In this document: positions 1 through 13,726 of the stretch, one piece after another
Position numbering within the stretch: the stretch's first letter is position 1
Layout of the letters: each line of letters opens with the position of its first letter
Source: Histomonas meleagridis 2922-C6/04-290x
Lineage: Eukaryota > Protista > Parabasalia
Reading direction: 5' to 3'
Length of the DNA stretch: 64,000 bases
Assembly (NCBI GenBank): GCA_020184695.1
Contig: JAANOX010000244.1
Span: 1-64,000 of the forward strand
The notes under the pieces: model-generated
What the model was told of the DNA's origin: nothing
The model's database searches: none
What the model saw: the letters and a program-made list of their open reading frames with translations, nothing else
Program-made: the position numbers and the translations under genes

Positions 1-3000
1 GTTTATTCAGTTTGCATTATTGCTGGGATGTCGCTAACTTCACTCCAAACCATCATCGGAAATATCGTATAAATAATCTGAAAGTCCAGATCAAAGTTCT
101 ATTATCATATGAATTTGAGTGAGAAGCGTCTGGAATTCATTCATCGATCAATTTTTGACTTTTGTGTTTATTTCAGACATCTTTTTGTTTTGCATTGTTT
201 ATCTTGTTTTAACGTATAACAACCGCATTTTTAAGACGTTGCTTTTATTATTGTGATCGTCTTTGGTTTGGGTCGAGTACTTTTGCACACAATGGGTCGT
301 CATTGCTCGTTGCTACCTTTGCTGAGTGCACCATAAGTATCCCGCTTCTGCCGGTGTTTTCCCAGATCTGATACTCCAACGTTATCGAAACTTTGGTGCC
401 GACGAGCCAGCTGATTTTCCCTGTTAGTGTATATATGAGCCGGGCAAACGTTTACTGCCGGCTCATTGTGATGATAAACTCAAGCCGTTACGCAGTGAGA
501 TAATCTGATTAAAACTATCGCATCATGCTCCAATCTTCGCGATACGCCATTTGCTCACGTCGACGGATTGCTTTCCACCGCAGTTTGAATGAACTTCAAA
601 CGGTGTGATCATCTTCGGTAATAAATGCGTATAGTTTCCCGTGTTAACCACCCTGTGCGTCATCTGGTTCATTTTAAAGGATGGTCACAAAAAGACATAT
701 GAGTACCGCCGTGCATCGATGATTTGGGAATCAAAGGTTATCGTTTCATCAAAGGTTGGTTTCACCATACATACTGCAAGAATACGAAAATATACACTTT
801 GATTAAAATTGGTATTGAATGCTGGTAACCACATCATTAAAGTACTATCACTTGCGTGGTCCAGTCGAAGCTAACAAGAAGTTGAATGCTTCCCTAATCT
901 TGTGTTTATGTAATTCTTACAGAAAAAATAATGATATTAGTACGTAAGAATATAATCTCAAAATGATCTGAAACAAAAAGTATAATCGAAAAGTTCACAT
1001 ATGTTGCTTTTGTGGCAGTGCTGTTTCAAAATGTTAAACATATGCTCTAAAATTATTAAACATATTCAAATTGTTAAAATGCCTGAGAATTCCTTCTTTA
1101 TCTAAATATATTCCTGGGTTATTTCTCCTGATTTTGGAAGCAAAATGGCAAATATTTTTGGAATCAGTTGTTGGAAAACATTTAACAGGATATACGAAAA
1201 TTTCACATTATTGCTTTTGATTCATTTGTACTGACATTAATATATAATTCCTTTTTCTTTAAATATAAAATATCATAGTTATCTTTTGAATACAAAGATC
1301 GACTAAATAATGACTTTAGATGTTTTGCTTTGATTGTATTTTCTATTTATTATCATGGCTGTTTAAGATATCATTTTGAGTGAATTCTGTACTGTTTCAT
1401 ATGCTTTATCAAATAAGTTGGTTTTGTTACCAAATATAGATTAGTTTCTACATTTCCTACAACTACGCACTTTCTATTTTCATTTTATGAATGAATTATT
1501 TCTGTTCATTGGATTGTCCTTCTTAGATATCTTCTTATGAAGTTCCCAATCATTCTTGATGGTTGTATTATCCAAAAATATTTTACTTTTGGATCCATTT
1601 ATTAAATCAATAATTTTGGTTGAGTTTTCTTTACCTGTTTATAATGACAAATATTTGAATGAATATTTTGGTAATACTTTTATCAAACATGTTTGTTAAT
1701 TAGTTTCTCAGTTAAATAATATGATTCTTGTGCCTGGATGCAGATGATTTTTGATAATTGATATTGATTGAAGATGTTTTATTATTTATACCCTTCTTTG
1801 GTTTTTGAAGTGCTTTAAAATTGTAAATATCAGTTGTATTTTGTGATGAAAATGCGTATAAACGATGTTTACTTATAATAGTATTAATGTACAGGATATT
1901 TGAATCGAATAATTCAATATTTTTTACGGACGGCTGGAAGTTTTCTTCATTAGCTGAATATATTTTCTCAAAGCTGATTAGAATTTCAAGCTGGGTTGGT
2001 GTTATTCAAATTGCATCTACTGTGTTTATGATATTAGTCACATTGGTCGTCATTTGGAAATTGAACAAAACATGGAAGGTTAATAAAAACAAATATAGAC
2101 AGAAGAGAAAAAAAGAAGAGATAGACATTAAAAATACCCAAGTGATCGTGAAAATTTAAATTTTATCTTTATATATACAATGTATAATTAAGTATAAATA
2201 TAAAACCACCATCTCTGTGTTTATGTTATTTTTGTTTTTATTTGTCTGGTTTATAATAAATAGTTGGATTTTGATTAATTTTAATATGATTTTTTATGAA
2301 ATCTGGAAGCTACTGAAACTTTTTGAGGCGCTAATCAAAACCGTCACTATATCTATTCAAAAAAAAGTGATTCTCAGTAAAATATCTTGATATAATAAAT
2401 AATATCATTGATAATTAAAAATTTTATCTAAAAATTATTCGATGTTTGAAATAACGACTCATACTTGTAAAATTGTGGTGCATGAAATCATCAAATGTTT
2501 CTTGAAAAAGATAAGTCAATATCAGTTTTCAAAATAGATTTGGGACCTAATAAAATTCTGCAATGATATTTTCCATACAAGCAAGGAACAACAACTTGTA
2601 AGAGACCTAAAAATCTCTATATTCTGAATCTGTGCAATCAAAAGAAGAATTAAAAATGATTTACGCATGTGAATGTTGTTTTTTATTATAATAGATGTCT
2701 TTCACTGATTAATATGAGCAACAATCTGTGTATACTAATAAGCAAACTAATAGATGTTATATGCCAAAAGTTAATATTACCGATTGAATTGAAAAAAAGC
2801 TTGGTTTGAATCAGCAGGTACCTTTTAATGGAAGCCAAGCGTAAAAGCATGAACAATTAAGCAAATTAAGAAGGCAGGAACTTCAAAATTCAAAAGCCAG
2901 AGCTTCCTATTCCCAGCAAAAGCCTAATCTGAATATAAAGCCCAGTTCAATAGTTTTGTTAAACGTAATGATTACAAGATCTCAAGGATCTGATTATCAG

Positions 3001-6000
3001 ACAAGCATCCTGTAAAACTTTGAAGATAACCTGTGTTGGCTATGTTGATCTTCATTAGCAGAAACAAGAATTCAAACACTGGTAATCATTCTTTATCCTT
3101 ATTTAAGCCAGTGAGCGTCAGAACAACTATCACCCCCTAGGACTTCCTTAAGAGGAAAGCGCTCATTGTCTTCAGGAAGTTGAGCTATGAATCTTGCTTA
3201 AGCAGGCGTAGCTTAGTAAAACATTTTTGGACCCAGGAAATCTTTGTTTTGTTTTTGTAATTATTTTAGATCATTGAAATCTATAAGACTGATGACAGTT
3301 TCCACTTCTTTATTGTTATCCCATTGTATTGAAATGGTTATAATAACTTCATTTTTATTTGATTAAAAAGATCTGATATCTGTTTAGAAATTTTTCTTCT
3401 CAGTTTTATACTCAGTTTAGATGATTTCGTTAACCGATCAATGATATGCTGTTTGAAAAACAATTTGTTTTTGAGAATTTTGATATCGATAACTTAAGTA
3501 ACATTGTTGAATTGATGGATTTTATGAAATACATTTCTATTGGATATAGATGGTATCACCAGCCTTAGCCACAAAGGTGGATATATCATTGATTCACGAA
3601 GAAAGGGAAAAAGAGTTGTGAGCTTTGACTTCTATTTATTATTTTATGAATAGGATATTTAAAAAAAAAAAAAATTGTTGATGGGTTTGAGCATTATTCC
3701 AGATTGAAAATTTAAAAATAACAAAAACTCATTTAAGGATCAATTTTTTGTAAAGTATAATCTGCTCAGAATTTTGAAAGTTTTGAATAGTTTTATTTTA
3801 GAAGAATATTCACTTTGAATCGAAGTATATTTTAAAAGTTCTTCAATCAGTTTTTAATAAGGGTTCTGGCACCGGTATGGTATGTATGTCGATGATGGAT
3901 CTTCGATGTAATATACGTGAGCACTCAAACAGTCCGCCCAATGCGTATTTAAATCGCCATCGCTTACGATAAATAAATTCTGTTGCGATGTGTTTGAACT
4001 GTAACAGCTATAAACAATATTTCTTCATGTTACATTTTGGAGGTGGTTTGGATATAATTACATGGATCAATCTTAAACATAAACTTTCTCCCATTTCAGT
4101 GCTGTGGAAAATTCTATTTGATTTTTTCTATGCAGTATATTCATGTTTTGATCTCTCAAATATAATAAGATCATCGATGTTAGTTGTGAAAGATACTTTT
4201 CCCGTTGTGGTTATAGAAAGTTCTTTTGTTATTAGTTGTGAAGGTTCTTTTTTTCGTTATTAGTTATTAAAAGTTCTTGCGTTGGTATTAGAAAGTTCTT
4301 TTTCGTTAATTGTGAGAAGTTGTCTACAATTCCCAACTGTTGGTCTATTCAGTATTGTAAAATCGGAATCATGTGTGGATAGCCTGATTTGCTTTCACGT
4401 ATAACATATTCGCTGTCGACATCTTTCTGGGCTTTCAAAGTGTTTTACAAAAGAGAGATGAATAATATTATCTTGATTCATGCAGTTGGTCCTCATGAAA
4501 AATCAATCTTTTTTATGCTTGCATAATCAAATGCTTTAGCCAGTCAACTCATTTGGTTCTTAGGTTTTGCAATGAAGCAGTAAATGAAAATATAATTTGC
4601 TTTGATTCAAGAGATTCTGCTAACTTTAAGATATGCTGGTTTAATGTCAAAACCGTTGAATTTGACAAAATTTTGAATGCTTGCGGTTAGCTGTAGGGGT
4701 TAAATAAATTCGTTCAAAAAAGGTTTAAAACGATTATTTCGTCTGCCATACGGCTGTCCAAAAAAGTGACATCTCTTCAATCGATTGAAGGTGATTTAGT
4801 TGTATAGCGGTATAAAAATTATCATTTGTTAAATGAACATCACTGGAAAAATTTAGGACAGTTGTTGCTACTGAACGTTCAAATTTTGAATTGTTGATCT
4901 TACGTTTGGTGGATGACTCAAGTTAAATCAAATAACTCTTTTACAAAATCAGCGATAAAAACTTTCTCGATATTCTATCGTTATCGGATTTTATCGTCTA
5001 AACTATAACGGTTTTTATCATACCAACAATTAATAATGGATTGAAAGTGTTTTCCAGATTAAATTGAATTTCAATGTACAGTGTAATTTATTCCATTGGT
5101 TGAAGAAAGTCAATCATTTAAATATATGAAACTATGTACTAGATTTTTTTTGGTACTGCTTTTTATTGATACATATTCAGTTCATCCAAACTTTAAATAG
5201 CCTTCCAGCATGCCAATTTTCACCATAACTAAACAAATTGTTAATAGCCTTAAGCAATTTCTTTTTCCTATTGCATGTGTAATGACACTTTTTATTTTTG
5301 TATGTAACATGTATTATTTGGGTCAAAAAAACTGGTGATAAGCGTCTAGTGTTGTTATGATATATCAATAAGTCAGTTCCTTTAATAGACGAAAAGATTT
5401 CACTTGGTCTTATAATTATATTGAACCTTCTCTAATTTTATTCGTTTGGAGGATCACGAGAATTTTCCGGTGCTACAAGACTAGTTAGTAAGATCCGTCA
5501 GTCTGAGTTTTTGTGCCACGTCATACTCTTCGTAATTGTTTCTAATTAATTTCTCATTTCATTATTAACCACCGTGTCGTCAATTATTTGAGATCGCAAT
5601 TCCTGTTGGATTGATTTTTACTTACGTTCGTGAAGAAATTGCGGATTTACAATGATAATTTTAATACTTTTTGTCGATATATTAACTTGATTCAATTGGG
5701 CCAAATATCTACATCATCATCGCAATGACAAAACAAATTGCATATACATTTAAAATGTCAGAATCAATTCAGTTCAATTTTCGAGAAAAGTCGAAAATGA
5801 AAGGAAACTTTGTGAATTATATACAACAAATGAATCATTGCCATTTAATATTATTATTAATTTCATTAATATCTGTTTGATGTTCATGGGGACTCACTTA
5901 CAAATAATATTAACATTAATTAAAATCGTACAAATATAATTTTCAGTTATTCAATATATGGCGTGTCATATTATCTGAACGTATCATTCATGGTTTATTA

Positions 6001-9000
6001 TTTGGGATTTTATAATTTAAATTCTTGTGATAATTTTGTTTAATTTCTTTTTATGCATCTTCCGATGTGTGGCCTTTAAGTTTGATGATCCATATTATAA
6101 TGGATTCAGTGATATTAGTTGGTTCAAGATTTTACGTGTATGTAGAAATAAAATGAATCATTTTGGCCTTTAATTGAGCAATAATGAAGTATTAAATAAT
6201 TCAGATAATATATAAATTAAGGTGATAATAATTGATTGTACGCATTAATTGAGTTATATTATTTTAAGAATTATTTTGTTGAGTTGGTGGTTCAAGAATA
6301 TGTTATTATTGTACTTTTAATTATAATATACTTTAGATTTGTTAGAATTGTTTCATTCTCTAATGAGAAGTATAATACTTTGGGAATTGGATATTGTGTA
6401 ATCATTAAGATTTTATCTTATTAATAATTCAAATGTAATGATCGAAATTAGAATGAAAAGAATATGTTTTAGTAAATTTTCGGAATTTTTGATATAATAC
6501 GTGAATAATTTTGTTTGTATTGGTTGAAATTTAAGTAACCTTTTATTTTTGTGTTTTGTCATCTTCAAGTGAATATTTTGATTTTATACACTAATAATGA
6601 AAGTATCATTAAAGTTAACAATGGTACTGGCTATTTAATGTGTTTCAATTGAATGAACTTTCGATTTTAAAATACATTTAATCAGACAGTCAAATATCTT
6701 AGACTTACAGTAGAATTATTAAGATCTTTAATTTCATTTCAAACATTGTTCTTTATTTATTACTAATAAAAATGAATAAGTATGAATAAAATCGAACTCA
6801 ATTTCAATATATTGTATCTTATTCATTTCAGTGATTTTGAGTTTATTCAATTGTTTATTTCTTCCTTTTTCTCAGAGATAAATTATCAGTTGGGTTTAAT
6901 GTTTGTTTTTGCAATTCACACATTTTGTTTAGCCTTATCAAATATTCTTGGAACTATATTCGAATTTATCTTTAATGAAATTAATAAAATTCTTTGTAAA
7001 ATCTTTTTGTAGTTTCAAATCATTTCGAAAAATGTTTTATCTTTTCCTTAATCTTTTCTTTTACAAACAACATGTTAAAGTTTGTAAACTTAAATAATTT
7101 TGTAGTTAATATTATTATTGTATTAATTTATATAAAAGTTTGTTATGTTAAAATGAAAGACAAAAAACAAATTTTAAACTTTTCTTTATATTAAATCTTT
7201 GTATTTCAAAATAGTTTTAAGTCATTAATATTTGAATTTGATTTTCTCAAATTCTGGTAATAAAGTAAAAGTCGAAAATCAATTTCAGGTGAAAGAAATT
7301 GATTAGAATGTGATGACTTTCTCTTTATCGATGAATTCGACATTATGATTAAATATTGGTTCGATTAATTGGAATATGAGTTATTAATATTAATATTAAT
7401 AATTTCTCGAAATAATTTGAAAAAATGTTTTTAGTGTGCTTCGAATAATAAATCGTTCCATTTGTTTTATTTAGAATATTCAGATAAAAAACGCGTAAAT
7501 TTTTAGGATCTTCTTCATATAATGCTAAGTTACAACATATTGGAAACAAATCTGTATATTCTTCGATTTGTGAGATTAAAGCTTTAAATAAAAATGGGTT
7601 TAAATCCATTTTATTATTAAAATAATTCGAGAATACTAATGAATCTTTAAATGAATCTGGTTGTGATAATACTAATATTGTCGGAATTAATAATGTTAAA
7701 ATATTATTTTATTAAGTTTACCATTCGGTGTAGTTGTTTTCGTTATTTCTGGTATTTATTTCTTAAATAATATTTTATGTTTATGTGATAATTGTATAAT
7801 GATTTGTAAATAAAAGATAATGATTATTAATCTGTCTTCGATGTTAATAATGATTTTAAATGTATTTTGGATCATCTTCATTAAACTTATAATATGTTGA
7901 ATAAGTGTTTTGTATAACTTCATGAATTATTAAATATTAAATAATTGTTTTGTAAAATAATAAAAATATTTAAATAGACTTTTTCTTTATTATCTTTTGT
8001 GATTTATTAACATGTTGTTTTAATGATTAAATATTATATTGGACTATCACATTTAGTTAATAAATCAATTAAATATTAATTCTCAAGAAAAACTCTTTAA
8101 TTCTTTATTATTATGGTTAAATATATGAATATAATATGAAATATACTTCTGTTGAATATTTTTCTAATTTTCTCAGCAAAGTTTAAAGTTTATACATTTT
8201 CTTCAGTAAGTATTCTTGAATTAATTCATTTTTTTGTTGTTTAAGTAATGATAAATATTCTAAATTCATATAGTTTAATGATTAAATATCTAATTAATAT
8301 TGTTAAACCATTTAATAAAGGGTTTTGTGTATTCGAAATGAATTATTATTTTGTTGGAAAACTTTAATTTCTGTTGATTTAATCGAATATTTTTTGATTC
8401 CGCATAAATGATTCGTTTAGGTATTGTTGATTATAATTTGTATTGTAATCATGTTTAGATGAAATTAATTCTTATGTAATTTTTATCAATCGATTAATAT
8501 TGTTAACTTTAATGAGTAAGAATTGTTCTTTTGGTATTATAACATAAAAATAATTGATTCAGAAACTTTGATATTTATTTTTTATAGTTATATTTTGAAG
8601 AATCGATAATTTACGTTCTATTTATCAAATACATTCATTATACTTTTTCAGAATAAATTATTTTCTATTTTAAAATCTCATCTGGAATCTATCTAAACAA
8701 ATTATAATTCTTTTTAGAATCAGCTATACAGTTATATATTAGGCTGACTGCTAGATTAATTGATTAAATGTGTTATCAATATTAAGTCAAAAGTATTAAT
8801 GATCTTGTTGATTCAAAAAATTCATGCAATACTATAATCCCGATGTAATATGTTGGATATGTGAAACTAAATATTTTTTTCTTCATTATTTTTAATCAAG
8901 TTATTAATATATTAATTATGTTTTTATATTATCTTTGAATGTATAGTCTAATTATATGCAAATGAATATGATGAAAATAATTTATTCATTTCCAAATTAA

Positions 9001-11500
9001 TGATAAGGATAATGTAGGTTTTGTTCTTCGCCTTAGCAAGTTAGGATATAAATCATAGCCATTAAAATTAAAACTTTTAATTCTTCATTATAACTTAAAA
9101 ACTTTAATAAGATTTGGATAATTTTGGTATATAGTTGATCTCAGTTATATATTTCAGATATTAATGGGGAATTCATTACTTTGTAAGTTGTTTTTACATT
9201 GTTGTTGTCATTTAATTACAAGTAACGATATAATATTCAAAAATTGTGATATCATGTTAATAGTTTGGTTTTTGTTTATTGAATGTTGGTTAGTTAGTAG
9301 TGTCATTATTATTATGCTTTTATTATTTTATCAATATTCTGCAAAATTCAGTCATATTATTGATGATTTAATGAATTGTTCAGATTATTTGTGTTATTGA
9401 ACAACGTGTCGATCAACGATTCAAATCGAATCTTCGTTGGAAATACCATTCAGATATAAAATATTAAGGTATGTCATTCTTGTAACTTCTATCAACTAAT
9501 TTCAAATTTTATTATTATATGTTTTATAATTAATTTAGTTATTTTTATATAATATTTTAATTGTTCAGTTCAGATTGTTTCTATCTGATAATTATTATCT
9601 TGATTAAAATATTTTAATAAATAATTAAAAATCATTTTTGAACTTAATGATCTAACATAACTAGAAATGATCTACTGTCTTTTTATCGTTGTTCTTGTTA
9701 ACCATATAAATTCAGTTAAGTAATCACCATCAAGTGTGATGGCTGATCTTTGTAACCTTTGCAGATGCTGATAAAACAATAGTTTGGTATGTTCAATTCT
9801 TTATTCAAGTTAACATCAACTGATTTGTATTTGGTGATAACTCTGAGTGTTCGTTTGTGTGTATCAGTTTTGTCAAACGAAATAAAAGCATTAATGATGT
9901 TCAAATAAATATATTCTGTTATTAAAAATTGATGTTTATGTTCAGGAGTTGTCAGTATATTTTCTGTCTTTTTTTGTCAGTTTAATCTTCTTCACCAAGA
10001 GGAATTGTATTAAATTTGTTAATAGTTTCTCATATAAAAAATGAGTGTTTACATTAATAAACTCTGATTAATTTATTAGTTATCTATTTCTTCTTTTATT
10101 ATGTAATATATTATTATTTGACAATTATTATAGTAGTAGTTAAATACACTGAAAATGTATCTGTAATTAGATGTTTTAATACGAACAAAAATTCATATAA
10201 AAGATTCAGTCTTTTCAAGAGTTGTTGCATAAAATTCTTAATGTTTCCAAATTATTCTCTTGACGGAAATTGGTTCGTTAATTCTCTATATCTCCGGATA
10301 ATATCAATTCCTTCAAATAATTGTGTGTTTTCCTATCGTATACTTTTATTGAAAATTAGATAGAAAGTAGTTCAAATGTTCTACTAATGTTGTATCAAAA
10401 TATTTCAGTTTGTTTACTTGTTTGTATTATTCATCTGTGTTTGCATTGGATGTGTGCTTTCATTGTTCATTCATATCTTGGATGGAAAAAGTTCGAAATA
10501 AATTTTGCGTTGTGGATGATTCTGAAAATATTGTAAATGAAGTCACAAATCTTTTGACTTTTAGATTCCTGTCATGATTCTCAATACTTTCAATAAGGTT
10601 TCTTGTTTTCATCATTGGATTTAATGTTCACTCACTGATCAGGTAAATTATTGTTGAAACTTAAGGATTCATGAGTCATCAAATTGGGTAGTTTTATTGA
10701 AACTCGGTGATCCATCTCTATAACCAGTAATATCTGAAAGAATCTGGATCACTTGTGGTCTCTGCCCAACGATCTCTGGAAAATACTGGATTTAGTGCGT
10801 TGTTTCTGGATTACATGCTGAGCCATATCTTCATCACTTTCTAATCTATAATCAGGAATCTTTATCCATGTTCCAATATAAGCTTCAAAAAATACTTTCT
10901 TATAACAGGCACCAGAAATTTGAACAGTTTTGATTATAAAAATCTGATATCAGTTTGGCGTCTATTCTGGACTTATACTCTAGTGTAAAAAAACCATTGG
11001 AGGTACTCAGGATCTAACTTAAATTGCTCTGTTGTTTTTGAATTGGTTAAAATCTGGGTCCTCAAAGATCTAAGATGATCTTGGACTTGCTTTGTTTTAG
11101 AAGGATTACTGACCCAAAGTGGATGTCTTTAACAATGGGATCAGAAGTATCTTGAGTTTGAAATCGAGCTTCTTTACTATCGATTTGGGTTCATTGTATT
11201 GACGCTTTTGAGTTGCATTTTACTTGTTCGTCTCTTTTCATTGCAGTGAACAGGGGGTCATAAGACAACACACCCTTAAAATCAATCTGACCATTGGTGT
11301 AGCATCATGTGGTGAGGGTATGCGTTCGCATTTGGTAATTCTCACATGAGAAGAGGAGCATGTAATCAAGGTTCTTGTTCCAATAAGTTTTTATAATCTC
11401 ATGATAAATCACTCTTGGTCTCCAATATCTTTTAAAATACATTGATTTCGAATGCTATTATGAGTCGTATATTTTCCCCAATTTGAAAAGTACAAACTAT
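1..11500. other. Decayed, ORF-poor region; relic coding DNA of unknown origin (possibly a large transposon or virus-like element)
   Basis: No ORF above about 91 aa in 11 kb. Hand translation gives runs of protein-like sequence broken by stops and frameshifts, mostly on the minus strand (e.g. 7349-7609, 10620-11340). No diagnostic integrase, polB or ATPase motif recognised. Confidence 0.3.
960..1720 (-). pseudogene. DUF3447-type/ankyrin gene relic with one spacer-split ankyrin junction
   Basis: Minus strand gives SKNDWELHKKIS and FDKAYET remnants, then ...CAT [51-nt spacer, 1028-1078] GAA ACA GCA CTG. Same layout as the 13.7-15.8 kb gene. Confidence 0.55.
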
Positions 11501-11599
11501 AGTCATGTGATGATAAAGATCTATCAAAGACCCTTTATTGTTGATTTACAGGTTGTGTAATGGTACGTCCATTATTTCTGAGCTAGATATAATAAAAAT

Positions 11600-12930
11600 A
11601 GATTTTTAAGACAAAATAAACGAGATATCTTTAGTGACACTATCACCCTTCTTTTTCAAGAAGTAATTTAACTATTTCTGTATGCCTATATCAGATGCAT
11701 CCATGAGTTGCTGTATATTAAATAGTTCAATAATTTTCCCGAATATTATTTGAAATATCATCTTATTCCAAAATAAAATATCAAATCAAAACAAATAAAT
11801 ATCTTTAGCTTTGTGAATGTCAAATTCCTGTGTCAAATACGTATTCATCAGTTCGATGTTTCCTGATCTCAGTCTGCAAAATACTCAATATATCATGCGA
11901 ATTAGATATGCTCTTTAAGATATGTTGCTGCTTCGTAATATTATCTCCCTCATCATTGGTTGTTCATGCTGCTTAAAGTAAAAATGAAAACTATGTGCAT
12001 AACTCTGTTATAAAGATGCATAGCTTTCCTGATTCTTCTAGATTATTTATTTTTACTAGTTTATTATGCATAAAATAATGAAAGGATATCATTTCAATGG
12101 ACTCGATTGCAGTTTCATATGCATCTCAAAGTGATGGATGATTCTTCGTTTCCACCAGAAATTGCATATATTTAACCTGTATTCTTTACTTATGCGCCAG
12201 TCGTAAGTAAATGTAAAACATTTAACAGAAGGATGCTGCATGGAAACTCAGTTGTGTCACGTATATTGAATAAATGGGCATCTTTCGCATGAGGTGTGTG
12301 TTGCAATTCGTCTGATTAAAATCAAAATCATTTGTGATGATGTATGTTGAAATTTTTCTATTTCATAATTTCGAATTATTTCGAAATTTCATTTGGATTA
12401 TGTCCCTCTCTAATTAATTTCTTATGTAATTCCCAACTTTCTTTGAGAGTCTATCATAATTTAAGGAAAATCATTAAATAGTATTTCCTTATAATGCTAA
12501 TTCTTCTTTAGAGACCTGTAGTGTACAAAATACAGAACTCTGATTGTTTTACAAAATGTTTGGGTTCCAAGAAGATGATATGGATTCATGTCTTATGTTT
12601 TATCATTAAGAAATCGATCCAAATATATTACGATATATTAGATTTGATTTTATTACTCATCTGATCAAACATGTTCTTATCTCTTATAATATTCATAAAG
12701 TCTACTGTATTTTAATGGTCAAAGGAATGATCTATCAATTTGAATAATAATTAAATCATAAGATAAAAGGATGGATTTCATCAAATTTGTTGATTATTAA
12801 ACTTAAAGATGCAGAGAAATTTTTCTTCATTCAAAATAAAAATTGCTTGATTTATTGATAGAAGTGTTTCTCAGTCATAATGTTCCTTTAGTCTCGTGTG
12901 GAAAAATTAACAGCAAAAGTTTTATCCATG
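11600..12930 (-). pseudogene. DUF3447-type/ankyrin gene relic
   Basis: Frameshifted remnants of SWELHKKLIREGHNPNEISKIIR, KYAISGGNEE, AKDIY-spacer-TA..HTEIVKLLLEKEG. Confidence 0.65.
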
Positions 12931-13726
12931 AAACCGTTTTTTAAATTCAAATTTATTCTTGAAATATTTTCTTGAATTGTTTTTTGTGAAAGTTAATTTG
13001 CGCCTTTTGCACTTGTCAACATACATTCCCAAATCGTTTAGTTACATCTGTATTACTTAATACATTAAATACTATAGCTGAAGATCAACCACAAAACATT
13101 ACGTTATCTATTATTATTAATGTTAACAATATAACAAATACTAAACGCATAATTACGCTTAGTAATTATGATGAAATGTTAAATAGTTTCTTACCAGAAG
13201 TTGTTGGAGCATTAAAAGAACATGAATCAAAAACAAATAAACAAGTTAATGAATGTATTTTAATATGTTTGATATGTTTTAAAGATACTGATTCTAATCT
13301 GAGATCAGAAATATTTCATTGTGTATTGTAATTTTCAAAAACATTAATTTCTCAACTACCCAAATTTGTTAAATTTTCCCAAGTTGGTAATACGATAATA
13401 CTTTGGAATTAGCTTTATAACCTGTTTCATGTTTAGCTACAAAAATACCTAGATATTCTTTATAAGTACCTGTAGTTTTAACTGATGGAATACAATCAGT
13501 TGATGTTGTATTTGTAATATATTTACCTTCATTTGTTAAAGCATAAACATTACCTGTTAAAAATACTGGTGAACCAATTGTGTTAAATCTTCAGTAACAC
13601 TCTTTAAGACCACTAATTATTATCAAAAAATTCTTCTTTATTTTGGTAAATTTTATATCAAAACATGCTTCATTTCCATTTTTTATTGAAAATGAAGATT
13701 TGATGTTTGTAGAAGAAGACGCTGAA

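Noticed and set aside
655-710. Chromodomain-like HLVHFKGWSQKD fragment
   Set aside because: Too short and interrupted by a stop; cannot be supported without a profile search.
13280-13300. DTDS in an ATG-less + frame as DNA polymerase B motif C
   Set aside because: Lacks the Y-x-DTDS context and all other polB motifs; the minus strand here looks more like a decayed surface-protein fragment.
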